In this document: in pieces, positions 1-9,072 of the stretch | Layout: every line of letters begins with the position of its first letter | Numbering within the stretch: position 1 is the first letter of the stretch | Source of the DNA: an uncultured candidate division WWE3 bacterium | GTDB taxonomy: Bacteria > Patescibacteriota > WWE3 > UBA101185 > UBA10185 | NCBI GenBank assembly: GCA_963765125.1 | Contig: CAVXUZ010000004.1 | Coordinates: forward strand, 792 to 64,791 | Direction: 5' to 3' | DNA: 64,000 nt | The notes under the pieces: model-generated | Database searches by the model: none | What the model saw: the letters and a program-made list of their open reading frames with translations, nothing else | Told to the model about the DNA's origin: nothing | Program-made: the position numbers and the translations under genes

Positions 1-344
1 TGCGGTTTTGAACCTACTGGACATTCAATGTCATGGAAAGGTTTAAAATCGATGGTACTTTGAGTAGGATTTGAAACCTGTTTAATATCTTGTTCTTTTT
101 TATCTATCATACCTGCATACAGGCACTGTTTTGCAATAACCGAAATTGATTCAGACCGCACCCCTCCTGCACGATCCTCTGCGCTGTTCACGAAGAAACT
201 TGATCCGTCAGGAAGCTGAATTCTGTAAACCCTGATATTAAGCATTCTAACTCCTTTTTTCTAGATTTTGCGCTAGTATATCAAAAAGTATGACATGTAG
301 CAAATTATGTAGTACTCCCAATTAAATCTCAAAAACCCTCCCCC

Positions 345-359
345 ATCACCAAACCAAAA
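345..359 (+). repeat. 15-nt motif ATCACCAAACCAAAA (copy 1; extended 22-mer CTCCCCCATCACCAAACCAAAA identical to copy at 3318-3339)
   Basis: Exact string match seen directly in sequence; intergenic, ~60 nt upstream of ORF at 420. Confidence 0.8.
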
Positions 360-419
360 TTCTATTTAAAATTCAGAATATGCCTTTAAATTAGTAAAGC
401 TAAATAAGATAGTTTCTGT

Positions 420-731
420 GTGCTACACAATTTTGCGTTCATAGACAGCAACAATCTGTACCAAGGAACCAGAGAGCTTGGTTGGAATCTTGATTACCAA
501 AAATTCAGAAACTATTTAAAAACAAAATATGATGCTGAAAAAGCTTATCTTTTCATCGGTTATATTCCTTTAACAGGACATACGTGCAATGGCACAAAGG
601 ATCGTCGAAGAAAACTCCCCCGAAATGTATTATGGCAAGGCGGTAGCGCAGGCTGCAACACTAATAATAAGATAACAGACACATCAAGTGCCAAAGCACA
701 AACCCCTAAAGTTTGTGCTTTTTTTGTTTAA
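420..731 (+). pseudogene. Possible NYN/LabA-like (DUF88) gene fragment, frameshifted or truncated after ~50 aa
   Basis: N-terminal ~50 aa (FAFIDSNNLYQGTRELGWNLDYQKFRNYL...AYLFIGYIP) resemble NYN-domain N-termini; remainder is low-complexity and an alternative frame looks more protein-like. This suggests a frameshift. Confidence 0.3.
694..727 (+). terminator. Rho-independent terminator (AAGCACAAAC...GTTTGTGCTT + T-run)
   Basis: 10-bp perfect stem followed by TTTTTTT seen in sequence. Confidence 0.55.
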
Positions 732-908
732 TTAACTCCAATACAAACAAAATAGTAAGTAGCTTAGTCTAGCTACTCAATTAGGTATTTAAGGAGGTAA
801 CTATGCACTATAGGTTTACATAATCACCTCTTTAAGGTATAATGCTGAACAAATAAGACTTAAGAGCCGGATATTTCCAATTCAAATCAACCAAAAAGGA
901 GAAATACA

Positions 909-1397
909 GTGGAGCATATGATAAGTAAGAAGCTTGTAGATAATGCGATAGATTTAGCACATCCTCAAATATTGGCGATAATGGAAAACCCAGCCTTTAT
1001 TTGGGGGCCACGGTATGTTTCAATCGCTGTTGTTAGCCCGCATCTGGATAGGATACTTCAGTATGTTGTCAGTAACCCAAAACAGAGAGAATGGAATCCT
1101 GAATGGGGAGAAGCCGCAGAGTATGGGGGAATCGCAATCTGGAAAGCCAAGACAGCTTTAGAAAAAGGCGTGCCTACGTCTGTTCTTGCCAATGACTTTC
1201 CACTCAGTCTTCAGCGAGGGCAACTTTTTCGATATCCTGGCGGTGTTCCTGGACCACGCAATGAATTTGCTGTGGGCACATCAGGTATTATGGGGCGTGG
1301 TGATGAGGCTATTTCCAAAATCATTATCACACTCATGGAAGCTTTAGCACACCTTGAAGTTGACAAAGCTGTCATTGAAAAAAAGAAATACCTCTAA
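909..1397 (+). CDS. Hypothetical protein, possibly GlcG/HbpS-like (DUF336)
   Basis: 162-aa ORF, GTG start 7 nt after AAAGGAG; weak recollected similarity to DUF336 proteins (GG..G.SG motif region). Confidence 0.45.
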   Translation: MEHMISKKLVDNAIDLAHPQILAIMENPAFIWGPRYVSIAVVSPHLDRILQYVVSNPKQREWNPEWGEAAEYGGIAIWKAKTALEKGVPTSVLANDFPLSLQRGQLFRYPGGVPGPRNEFAVGTSGIMGRGDEAISKIIITLMEALAHLEVDKAVIEKKKYL

Positions 1398-1414
1398 AGT
1401 ACGTCACTGCCAAT

Positions 1415-1450
1415 AAGGCACTCTTAGTAACATTCAAGAGTGCCTTTTTT
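1415..1450 (+). terminator. Rho-independent terminator (AAGGCACTCTT...AAGAGTGCCTT + TTTTTT)
   Basis: 11-bp perfect inverted repeat followed by T-run immediately after stop of 909..1397. Confidence 0.6.
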
Positions 1451-1555
1451 ATATACGCGCCTTTGAAAGAGTTAGTATCATCATACTTCGGATAATGTAT
1501 TGTGTTAGGAACCTTGTAAATATTTTGGTCTCAATAATAATTTCTAGTCTTTTAA

Positions 1556-1570
1556 ATCACCAAACCAAAA
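1556..1570 (+). repeat. 15-nt motif ATCACCAAACCAAAA (copy 2)
   Basis: Exact match; lies in a probably non-coding stretch (the overlapping ORF 1495..1722 looks spurious). Confidence 0.8.
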
Positions 1571-1714
1571 AACATATTTTGTATGAACGAAGTGAAATAC
1601 AAAGCGTTAGACTCGTGACCAAAAACGTGTTGCCCCAGCCACTTTTTAATACTGTAACGACAATCTCTAGAAATGGGGGTATTCGCACATTGGAACTTCT
1701 GTATAATTATTGTT

Positions 1715-2179
1715 ATGAGTAATATAAAGAACGGAATATTATTTGAGAAATCTGCATGGGTTGTTTTCCTTGTTATTGGAATACTAATTTTAGTTGGTGC
1801 AATCCCTCATGTGTTAGGCTTTAATACAGACCCAACATTGGTGCAAACTATTAGTGGTAAAACAATAGATGAACTGAAAACTTCAAGTCCCACGATTTTC
1901 AACTTGTACAATTTTTATTTTAGAGGTGGTGGTTTGTCCGATATGGGTTTTGCTTTTTTTCTTATAACCATTTCCGTAACTGCTTATAGGCGGGGGCAAC
2001 GATGGTCGTGGTATGCTTTTTGGTTTGTTCCGATGTATTTTTTAAGTTGGATTGGGCTTAGTCTAACTCTACCCTCTGAATCAAGTTCTTCTTTAATTCC
2101 GCCATTAACGCTATTTATCCTTTTAAGCTTTGTGGGTCTATTGTTACCGTTTAGAAAGTTCTTCCCAAGGAACCTCTAA
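1715..2179 (+). CDS. Small integral membrane protein (about 4 TM helices), function unknown
   Basis: ORF with hydrophobic helices; in-frame ATG at 1715 preferred over the upstream extension. Confidence 0.45.
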   Translation: MSNIKNGILFEKSAWVVFLVIGILILVGAIPHVLGFNTDPTLVQTISGKTIDELKTSSPTIFNLYNFYFRGGGLSDMGFAFFLITISVTAYRRGQRWSWYAFWFVPMYFLSWIGLSLTLPSESSSSLIPPLTLFILLSFVGLLLPFRKFFPRNL

Positions 2180-2424
2180 CTACAATCGTAAAGATCAAGA
2201 TAAGTATTTTTGGTTAATAAAAGTTCCGGTTTGAGACCAGATGTCTAGCCATGCTTAAGAAAAATGTCCTAGATGGTCATTTTTTTCTACATACTTGGAC
2301 AGCAATTTAAATCTAGGTTAAAAATGCCACCTCAAGACTTAGCAAATAAAACGAGCTTAATAGTTTGTATATATTAGGCGCGAAGCGGCGAGTTGCCAGT
2401 TTTCCAGCTAATTTTAAAAAACCC

Positions 2425-2682
2425 TAGTTATTAGTACTGCCAACGGTAACGACCACATCTCCTTTTTTATGACCTTCGTCAACGTATCTGCGAGCTTCAA
2501 CCATTTGTTCCAAAGGGTATATTCTGTCAATTACTGATTCTAACTTCTCTATTTCAACAGTTTCTTTGAGAGCAATTAAATCAGTAGCCTTTACCTTTAC
2601 TCTTTCTAAGTACGTAAGTACATTAAAATAAACTCCTGACTTTTTTAAAGATTTTTTGACTTTTAAATCGAGGTTTTAAAAT
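2425..2682 (-). pseudogene. 3'-terminal remnant of a medium-chain dehydrogenase/reductase (quinone oxidoreductase-like) gene
   Basis: Minus-strand translation ...LESVIDRIYPLEQMVEARRYVDEGHKKGDVVVTVGSTNN* matches the conserved C-terminus of MDR-family Zn-ADH/quinone oxidoreductases. There is no start codon, only ~80 codons are open, and the rest of the gene is missing. Confidence 0.5.
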
Positions 2683-2690
2683 TAATTATA

Positions 2691-3236
2691 TCAACGCTTA
2701 CCGTAAATAGTGTCTTCATAAAGTAAGTTTAGTGCTTTTGAGCAAGCAACCTTTACTTGTGGCTGATTTTGTGTAATTTCAAGATCTTTTATAAACGCAA
2801 CAATTCTTTTTTTTCTATCAACATCTTTAGAAGCAATATTTGCCAGCGATGCAATTGAGTATAATTTAACTACTACGTTGCTTGATGTAATAATATAATT
2901 AGCCAGCAAATTTGACACTAATTCAACTTCCTGGGAATTTATATCTATAATTCCTAATAATTGTGATAATAGCAACTTATTTTTTTGCTGTTTGGCAATA
3001 GTTGCAAATTTAATTATTTTTTTAACCTGAGTATCACTAAAAATAAAATCTTTTTTGGCAATTCGCAAAAGAACCGATACGGATCTAAATCTTATACCTA
3101 CTACTTTCTCATTTAAGGCATCGGTTAGGGTATCTACAAAATCAGTGTTTTTTAGAACCACATCTTCGAGTAAATCGATTTGCCCAGGTGTGCTTAAATC
3201 TCCACCATATAGCAATAGCTTGAATTGCTCTTCCAT
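2691..3236 (-). CDS. Hypothetical protein (helical-repeat-like)
   Basis: 181-aa ORF, no recognisable catalytic motif. Confidence 0.45.
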   Translation of the reverse strand: MEEQFKLLLYGGDLSTPGQIDLLEDVVLKNTDFVDTLTDALNEKVVGIRFRSVSVLLRIAKKDFIFSDTQVKKIIKFATIAKQQKNKLLLSQLLGIIDINSQEVELVSNLLANYIITSSNVVVKLYSIASLANIASKDVDRKKRIVAFIKDLEITQNQPQVKVACSKALNLLYEDTIYGKR

Positions 3237-3324
3237 TGACTTATTTTATCACTTATTGAAATCATATAAAATTCTGAGTTTAAATTTCACTATTTTTTAA
3301 AAAGACTTTTCTTTTTTCTCCCCC

Positions 3325-3339
3325 ATCACCAAACCAAAA
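3325..3339 (+). repeat. 15-nt motif ATCACCAAACCAAAA (copy 3; 22-mer identical to copy 1)
   Basis: Exact match; ends 19 nt upstream of a TATAAT hexamer at 3359-3364 and 32 nt upstream of the ORF at 3371. Confidence 0.8.
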
Positions 3340-3370
3340 CACACACCTATAACTACGGTATAATTTTTTT

Positions 3371-3982
3371 GTGAAAATAATATACAGAGGGGGCTACCAG
3401 ACAGAAAACGCAGATAAATCCCTATTTTATGAATACGCAGACGCCATCAAAAACTACATAAATAAAGGTAAAAGCGTTGTATACGTTACTTTTGCAAAAC
3501 CAGATCACTATTATGACAACAGAATGATTGAATCACTGGGGACTCTACCTAACATTATCGACAACAGCAGCACAAACGCCGCTTGGTCTACATTTGATTT
3601 AATAGTCATGCCCGGCGGCGAGATGGATATTCTCCAAGAAAGTCTAATAAAGTACGGCTTTTCATTAGATAAATTAAAAAATGATGTAATTATTGTTGGT
3701 GATAGTGCTGGCGCATACGTGCTATCAAAATATTATTTTGAAAAAGAACAAAGTGGAGACACTATAAAATATATTTTGGTTGATGGTTTAAATCCAAAAT
3801 CTAATTTGATAACCGTGGGGCACATTGATAATGAAAAACACTGCACGCCTGAAAAATTAACTAAGGCACAGAGAGTCGCCGATGAAGTTGGCGCTCGTTT
3901 GCTATTACTTAAAGAAAATGAATCGATGATGTTTGAAGATGGTGAACAAGTGGAATTTAATATTGAAGATGTTTTGAGTTAG
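3371..3982 (+). CDS. Peptidase S51 (dipeptidase E)-like / class I glutamine amidotransferase-like protein
   Basis: VMPGGEMD...IVGDSAGA motifs typical of S51 Ser-peptidase fold. Confidence 0.5.
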   Translation: MKIIYRGGYQTENADKSLFYEYADAIKNYINKGKSVVYVTFAKPDHYYDNRMIESLGTLPNIIDNSSTNAAWSTFDLIVMPGGEMDILQESLIKYGFSLDKLKNDVIIVGDSAGAYVLSKYYFEKEQSGDTIKYILVDGLNPKSNLITVGHIDNEKHCTPEKLTKAQRVADEVGARLLLLKENESMMFEDGEQVEFNIEDVLS

Positions 3983-4061
3983 TTTAAATCAACCTCACAC
4001 AATTTATACATAAGCAATATATTTGGTATATATTTATATTAGTAATTTATTAAGGAACACT

Positions 4062-4574
4062 ATGAAATCAAAACTATTTATCTTACTTCTCCTAGTTGCT
4101 TCAACCTTTCTCTTAACCGGATGTACATTAAATTCAGCGCAAAATAGTGATGCTGACAGCCAAAATGTTGAAGAAGATGTATCCGTAAATGACACACCAA
4201 AAACGCAAGTAAGTGCTGAGAAAAAGGATGCGGAAATTGAAAATATTTTAGACATAGTAAGCAATACAACTGGATTTACTGGTGCTTCTGCAATGCGATT
4301 AAGAAGAAATGTCGATAGCGTATCTCTTGATGATGAGGGAAAAGGATTTTTAGTGAGAATGGCATCAAGCGATGAAAAACTTACAACGAACGAAGAAATA
4401 ATTAGCGTAGAAATGTCTGGTTTAAATTATGAGGTGAAAAAGTTTGAACCCAAAAGTAATTCTTTAGTAACTAAATTCTATAAATTTACCAATCCTAATG
4501 ATGTAGAATGTACGCTTGAAATAAGAAAAGTTGGAACTACTGGACAAAGCGATCTTTCTTTTGGGTGTTTATAA
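4062..4574 (+). CDS. Lipoprotein (signal peptide + lipobox LLTGC)
   Basis: MKSKLFILLLLVASTFLLTGC; AAGGA 8 nt upstream of ATG at 4062. Confidence 0.6.
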   Translation: MKSKLFILLLLVASTFLLTGCTLNSAQNSDADSQNVEEDVSVNDTPKTQVSAEKKDAEIENILDIVSNTTGFTGASAMRLRRNVDSVSLDDEGKGFLVRMASSDEKLTTNEEIISVEMSGLNYEVKKFEPKSNSLVTKFYKFTNPNDVECTLEIRKVGTTGQSDLSFGCL

Positions 4575-4615
4575 TTTAGTGTTTTAAAAAGTTATTCTGG
4601 ATTCGAGTGTACGAC

Positions 4616-5992
4616 TTACTCCATGTCTTGGTTTGTATCCTCGTCTGTGTCCGTTTCCTCTTGCTCCTCTGCAGTACATTCTGAAGCACCTCTTACAATT
4701 GTACCTGTAACCTCAGTTGGTCCTGAAAAGTGCCCAGTTAGTGGTGGAGTAGTTTTAAGTGTTATGGCATTACCACGTAGTTTCGGGTCATCTTTTTCTA
4801 GTTTAAAACTAAAATGCTCTTTGTCATCTGATAGTACTTTTTCGTGCCAGGGGTCTACCATTACTGTTTTTATATGCTTATAACCATCCCAATTAGAATA
4901 AAGCCCGTCACAGCTATACGCGCGCATTTGTGTAATATCAGCGTAAATATCTAAACCCTGTGTACCTGTTACTGGAATATTTTTATAATGCTGATCGGAA
5001 AACGTAACCGACCAAGCTCCGTCTGTTGTGCACGTTTCGTTATACCAATTTTCTAGTTTCACTTTCTTTTCTGTGATTTGATCGGCGAGTATATCCATAC
5101 CAAGTTTTTGCGATATTGAGGCGTGATACTCTCTTTGCTCTTCATCCCAACGCTCGTGGTCTCTATGCACAATTGCTTTAAACCCATTTTGTATCCACTC
5201 CCATAATTCAACATCGCGATCTCTCCCTAACTTTTGCGCAAGAGCCATAACTTTTAGTGCGTCGTTTACTTTTTGTAAATCTGCCTCACAAAAATTTTGC
5301 GACAGCGTATTTGCAATAAGTGTGTCGGGAGGAGAGCCTATTATTTCATCTTGGGTGGTGCCACAATTTTGATTTAACCAACCGCCCAAACTTATATGCC
5401 CGTTGATAATCATATCGAAGAGACTTTCTAAACCTAGCATACCTGCAAATTGCGCGTGATAAGCCCACTTATGTAAAATGGGGTCGGTGTAAGTATCTGT
5501 CCAAGAATACGCTACGGTTGAAACATAATAAGTGTAACCATTCTTCGCCCACGTCATTAGCTGATCAGATAAATCATCAAGCCCTGTTCTTTGCGCAGAT
5601 TCTGCTGTTTCTATAGCAATTTCGATATCTCCAAGATTTGCCTGACAAATATTTTTGTTTAATACGGCTTGAGCCTGTGATTTAACAGTTTCCTGAGATA
5701 CTGCGAGGTCACGATCTTGCTGTTCTTCAGTGTAGATATCGTTCTGATGTGCCTCTATATACTCCATCATCGCTTTAAGAGCTGCAATTTCAGCATCAAC
5801 ATCTTCATAAATTTCTATACCAAGCTCTTCGTAGTCAAGCGTGCCACTTTCTAATGCTTGTGACGTAGCACCAATATCTGAATTATTTGTTGGTGATGAA
5901 AGGCGATAAACCGCGTAGGCTCCGCCTGCTAAAATTAAAGACCCACCGAGCAAGATAGCCAAGAATAAAAGTGCAATACCTTTTTCTCTCAT
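4616..5992 (-). CDS. Secreted/membrane-anchored hypothetical protein (458 aa, Trp/Cys-rich, acidic C-terminus)
   Basis: Long ORF with N-terminal TM/signal segment. Confidence 0.55.
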   Translation of the reverse strand: MREKGIALLFLAILLGGSLILAGGAYAVYRLSSPTNNSDIGATSQALESGTLDYEELGIEIYEDVDAEIAALKAMMEYIEAHQNDIYTEEQQDRDLAVSQETVKSQAQAVLNKNICQANLGDIEIAIETAESAQRTGLDDLSDQLMTWAKNGYTYYVSTVAYSWTDTYTDPILHKWAYHAQFAGMLGLESLFDMIINGHISLGGWLNQNCGTTQDEIIGSPPDTLIANTLSQNFCEADLQKVNDALKVMALAQKLGRDRDVELWEWIQNGFKAIVHRDHERWDEEQREYHASISQKLGMDILADQITEKKVKLENWYNETCTTDGAWSVTFSDQHYKNIPVTGTQGLDIYADITQMRAYSCDGLYSNWDGYKHIKTVMVDPWHEKVLSDDKEHFSFKLEKDDPKLRGNAITLKTTPPLTGHFSGPTEVTGTIVRGASECTAEEQEETDTDEDTNQDME

Positions 5993-6069
5993 ATATTAAT
6001 AGTACCAAAAAAAAGCTCAGACAATTGCGATAAAATGCAATTTGACTGAGCTTTACTTATATAGTGCGT

Positions 6070-6420
6070 TTAGGTTAAATTCAACGCTTCTAAAACATGT
6101 TCAGGGACTTCTTTACCTTTTTCACAAGTGTCATCACAGCCGGCGAAAAAAAGCCTGTGGCAATTTTCACTCTCTGACGACGTAGCGAGCATCGGACCTT
6201 TAAAGGTCTTCCTCATCTCTCTAACTAACGGTTCGGTGTTTACTTGACTACCAGGAACGCAAGCATCCATAACCACTGCACTAATATCAGGATTTTCTCT
6301 AAATTTCTCCGTAGCCTCCTCGACCGAATAAGCAGAAATAATTTCTACCTTATTTTTAAGATACAAAATGTATATACGATGCCAAAAGGGGTCATCATCC
6401 ACAATCAGTACCTTCTTCAT
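6070..6420 (-). CDS. Stand-alone CheY-like response regulator receiver domain protein
   Basis: MKKVLIVDDD... receiver motifs; GGGAG RBS before ATG at 6420; no cognate histidine kinase adjacent. Confidence 0.6.
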   Translation of the reverse strand: MKKVLIVDDDPFWHRIYILYLKNKVEIISAYSVEEATEKFRENPDISAVVMDACVPGSQVNTEPLVREMRKTFKGPMLATSSESENCHRLFFAGCDDTCEKGKEVPEHVLEALNLT

Positions 6421-6584
6421 ATGTTCTCCCTTCACTCTAGTATTATCCTAATCTTTGTGCACATTTTAACATGACTATGGGACGGTGTCTAAGACGCGTC
6501 TTTGGCGCTAAAGGCTTATGGGAAACAGAAAAAGGCGCTTGGACAGATACTAATTAATACAATTAGTAGTATATTATTATTTAT

Positions 6585-7385
6585 ATGGACATAAGTAATG
6601 AACACGTTTACCTAGAAAGGCTGTCGAAACCACTTAAGGAAAAGCTTAAGATTTATAGATTTATTCCCGAAAATGCGCGAAATGTTCTAGATGTTGGATG
6701 CGCCGACGGGGCCGTTACCCAAGCTTTGGCAAACTTATTTCCTAATATAAAGTTTTTAGGAATTGATTTAAACGAGCATTTCATTGAGAAGGCAAAAGCG
6801 GGAGGTAAAAACTTAAAAAATCTTAGTTTCGAAAAAGTTTATCTTAGAGAACTTCTTGCAAGAGAGCAAAAATACGATGCTGTTATCTTTTGTTCGGTTC
6901 TTCATGAGTTCTATACATACGGTGAGGGAATATCATCTGTCCTAAAAGCTTTGGCAGATGCCCATGAACTGTTAAATGAAGGTGGGGACATCATTATAAG
7001 AGATATGATTCTTCATGAGTACACAAAGAAGGCAGATTTTGAGTGCGAGCTAATGTCTTCAACGATCTATGCTAAAAAGGATTTAGTAAAATATTACACA
7101 GACTTTGAAAAGATACACGGTAAATTAGATACTCATTACAAAGTAAATCATTTTTTGCTCAAATACTTTTATACAGAAAATTGGGAAAGAGAGGTTCTAG
7201 AAAATTATTTACCAGTAACCTTTGAACAGTACGAAAAAATATTTGAGCTTTTAGGTATGAATACGCAAGAAAAACAGTCATATTTAATAGAGTATTTAAA
7301 GAATAAGTGGATCGAGGACTTTAACTTTACTTCGGAGAATATATCTTCATATAAATCAACCGGTATTTTGATAGCAAGAAAATAG
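6585..7385 (+). CDS. Class I SAM-dependent methyltransferase
   Basis: VLDVGCADGAVT motif I. Confidence 0.6.
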   Translation: MDISNEHVYLERLSKPLKEKLKIYRFIPENARNVLDVGCADGAVTQALANLFPNIKFLGIDLNEHFIEKAKAGGKNLKNLSFEKVYLRELLAREQKYDAVIFCSVLHEFYTYGEGISSVLKALADAHELLNEGGDIIIRDMILHEYTKKADFECELMSSTIYAKKDLVKYYTDFEKIHGKLDTHYKVNHFLLKYFYTENWEREVLENYLPVTFEQYEKIFELLGMNTQEKQSYLIEYLKNKWIEDFNFTSENISSYKSTGILIARK

Positions 7386-7487
7386 GTTGGGGCTTAAAAC
7401 CTTACATTTCAAGTAATAAGAGAATTTAAACAATATAAAAGCAAATTTTTGACTTATGCTTTAGTGGATTATTTTACGTGTTGCTAA

Positions 7488-8150
7488 TTAAAATATTCTC
7501 AGATCGTGCTCTTTAAACTTATAAAGCTCTGCAGGTCTGTGTGTAACTTCTTCTTGCATTCTTCCTAAACTTTCTAACATCTCCAAAGATTTTATTTTTT
7601 TTCGAAAATTTCTTTTATCGAGCTTCTCCCCTAAAACGATTTCATAAATCTTTTGCATATCTGTAAGTGTAAATTCATGAGGAAGAAGTGAGTAAGCAAT
7701 GTTTGTATATGAAAGTTTATCTTTTAGTCTTTTGTGAGCAACGCTTAATATTATTTTGTGATCAAAAGCCATCTCGGGTAACTTGTCTAGAGGAAACCAT
7801 TTAATGTCTTTATAGAACTCCAATGTTTTAATCTCGATATCTTTTGGTGTATTAATGAGCGCAAAGTATGCGACAGAGACAGATCTTCCTCTTATATCTC
7901 TTTTAGGATCACCAAAAGTGTAGAGCTGTTCTAAGTAAATCCCCTTCAGGCTTGTTTTTGCTCTAAGTACTCTTATTGCTGCTGCATCAAGGCTTTCATC
8001 TACCTTTACTAGCCCACCAGGAATCGCCCACTTTCCCTGATAATTACCCGAATTTATTTGAATAAGAAGAGCAGAAAGTACGCCATCTACGACGCTAAAA
8101 ACAACGGTGTCAACAGCGAGTAGTGGGTTTTTTGGCTCTATATCGGTCAT
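7488..8150 (-). CDS. nrtR: Nudix-related transcriptional regulator NrtR-like (N-terminal Nudix domain + C-terminal winged-helix)
   Basis: Nudix-fold N-terminus and basic helical C-terminus (FTLTDMQKIYEIVLGEKLDKRNFRKKI). Divergent from an operon containing pncA and pncB, the classic NrtR regulon. Confidence 0.55.
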   Translation of the reverse strand: MTDIEPKNPLLAVDTVVFSVVDGVLSALLIQINSGNYQGKWAIPGGLVKVDESLDAAAIRVLRAKTSLKGIYLEQLYTFGDPKRDIRGRSVSVAYFALINTPKDIEIKTLEFYKDIKWFPLDKLPEMAFDHKIILSVAHKRLKDKLSYTNIAYSLLPHEFTLTDMQKIYEIVLGEKLDKRNFRKKIKSLEMLESLGRMQEEVTHRPAELYKFKEHDLRIF

Positions 8151-8205
8151 ATTTGATTTATACCATACCTCTTACTATTTGTAAATAATACACTTAGGCA
8201 TAGTG

Positions 8206-8234
8206 TTGACATTACACCATTATGGTGGTATCTT
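8206..8234 (+). promoter_or_regulatory. Candidate sigma70-like promoter TTGACA-N17-TATCTT for the 8321-13981 operon; nearby inverted repeat GTGTT-N11-AACAC (8239-8259) is a candidate operator
   Basis: Hexamers and inverted repeat seen in the 170-bp divergent intergenic region between nrtR and the operon. Confidence 0.3.
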
Positions 8235-8320
8235 TCGTGTGTTAGTGTATAAACAACACCAACAGAACTTTGACAATTTAGACAACTAAAACAACAAGAT
8301 CAACTTGAAAGGAGAGGCTG

Positions 8321-9061
8321 ATGGAACTAAAAGTTAGAACAGGAATAGTAACTGGACGTGAACATCTTGTTTATGGTATTAACTGCCAAGATTCTCTTTT
8401 TGCCAAAACTTTTGAGCACGAGGGATATACATACCATATAGGAGTTGTGTCTGATGGGTGCGGAGAAGGAGAAAGGAGTGAAACTGGAGCCCACTTGGCT
8501 ACAAGTTTTCTCATATATAAAATGGAGAAACTTGTTCGAGATGGGTATTCAATCAAATTTATTTTGAGAAAACTTTATTTCGAATTACTAAGATTTCTCA
8601 AGAAGATACTGACCGCATACGACCTAAAACACTTGCCGGCAGAAGAAGTGGATGTAATTAAAAACCATTTTCTTTTTACAGTTATCGGTTTTATAATCGG
8701 ACCCGATGACACAGTAATATTTGCTGTAGGTGATGGAGTCGTGTTGATAAATGACTTCCTAGATGTCAGAGATCAAAAAAACACTCCTACATATCCTACC
8801 TATCACTTAGTTTCGTCAAAATATCTGAAAAGTGATCGGACATACATTCCAAAAGAATTTGACGTGTACGACGTGAAAACAGAAAATATGCAAAAGCTGG
8901 CTGTAGGAACCGACTCGTGGCAATACGAGCTCGACTCCCTGTTCTTGCTTTTTAATGAAGAGCAAAAAACAACACCTCAGCGCCTAATGAACGTTTTATC
9001 TCAAAAAGAAAAACGCTTCAAAGATGATGCAGCCATAATCACGGTAACAAAAACCGAATAA
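8321..9061 (+). CDS. PP2C-family (PPM) Ser/Thr protein phosphatase
   Basis: VVSDGCGEG and AVGDGVV metal-binding motifs, C-terminal DDAAIITV; strong RBS GGAGAGG. Confidence 0.6.
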   Translation: MELKVRTGIVTGREHLVYGINCQDSLFAKTFEHEGYTYHIGVVSDGCGEGERSETGAHLATSFLIYKMEKLVRDGYSIKFILRKLYFELLRFLKKILTAYDLKHLPAEEVDVIKNHFLFTVIGFIIGPDDTVIFAVGDGVVLINDFLDVRDQKNTPTYPTYHLVSSKYLKSDRTYIPKEFDVYDVKTENMQKLAVGTDSWQYELDSLFLLFNEEQKTTPQRLMNVLSQKEKRFKDDAAIITVTKTE

Positions 9062-9072
9062 AGGAGGCTCAG

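Noticed and set aside
1495-1722. ORF 1495..1722 (+), 75 aa
   Set aside because: It contains the intergenic 15-nt motif, overlaps the better-supported membrane-protein gene starting at 1715, and has no RBS. It is likely non-coding leader.
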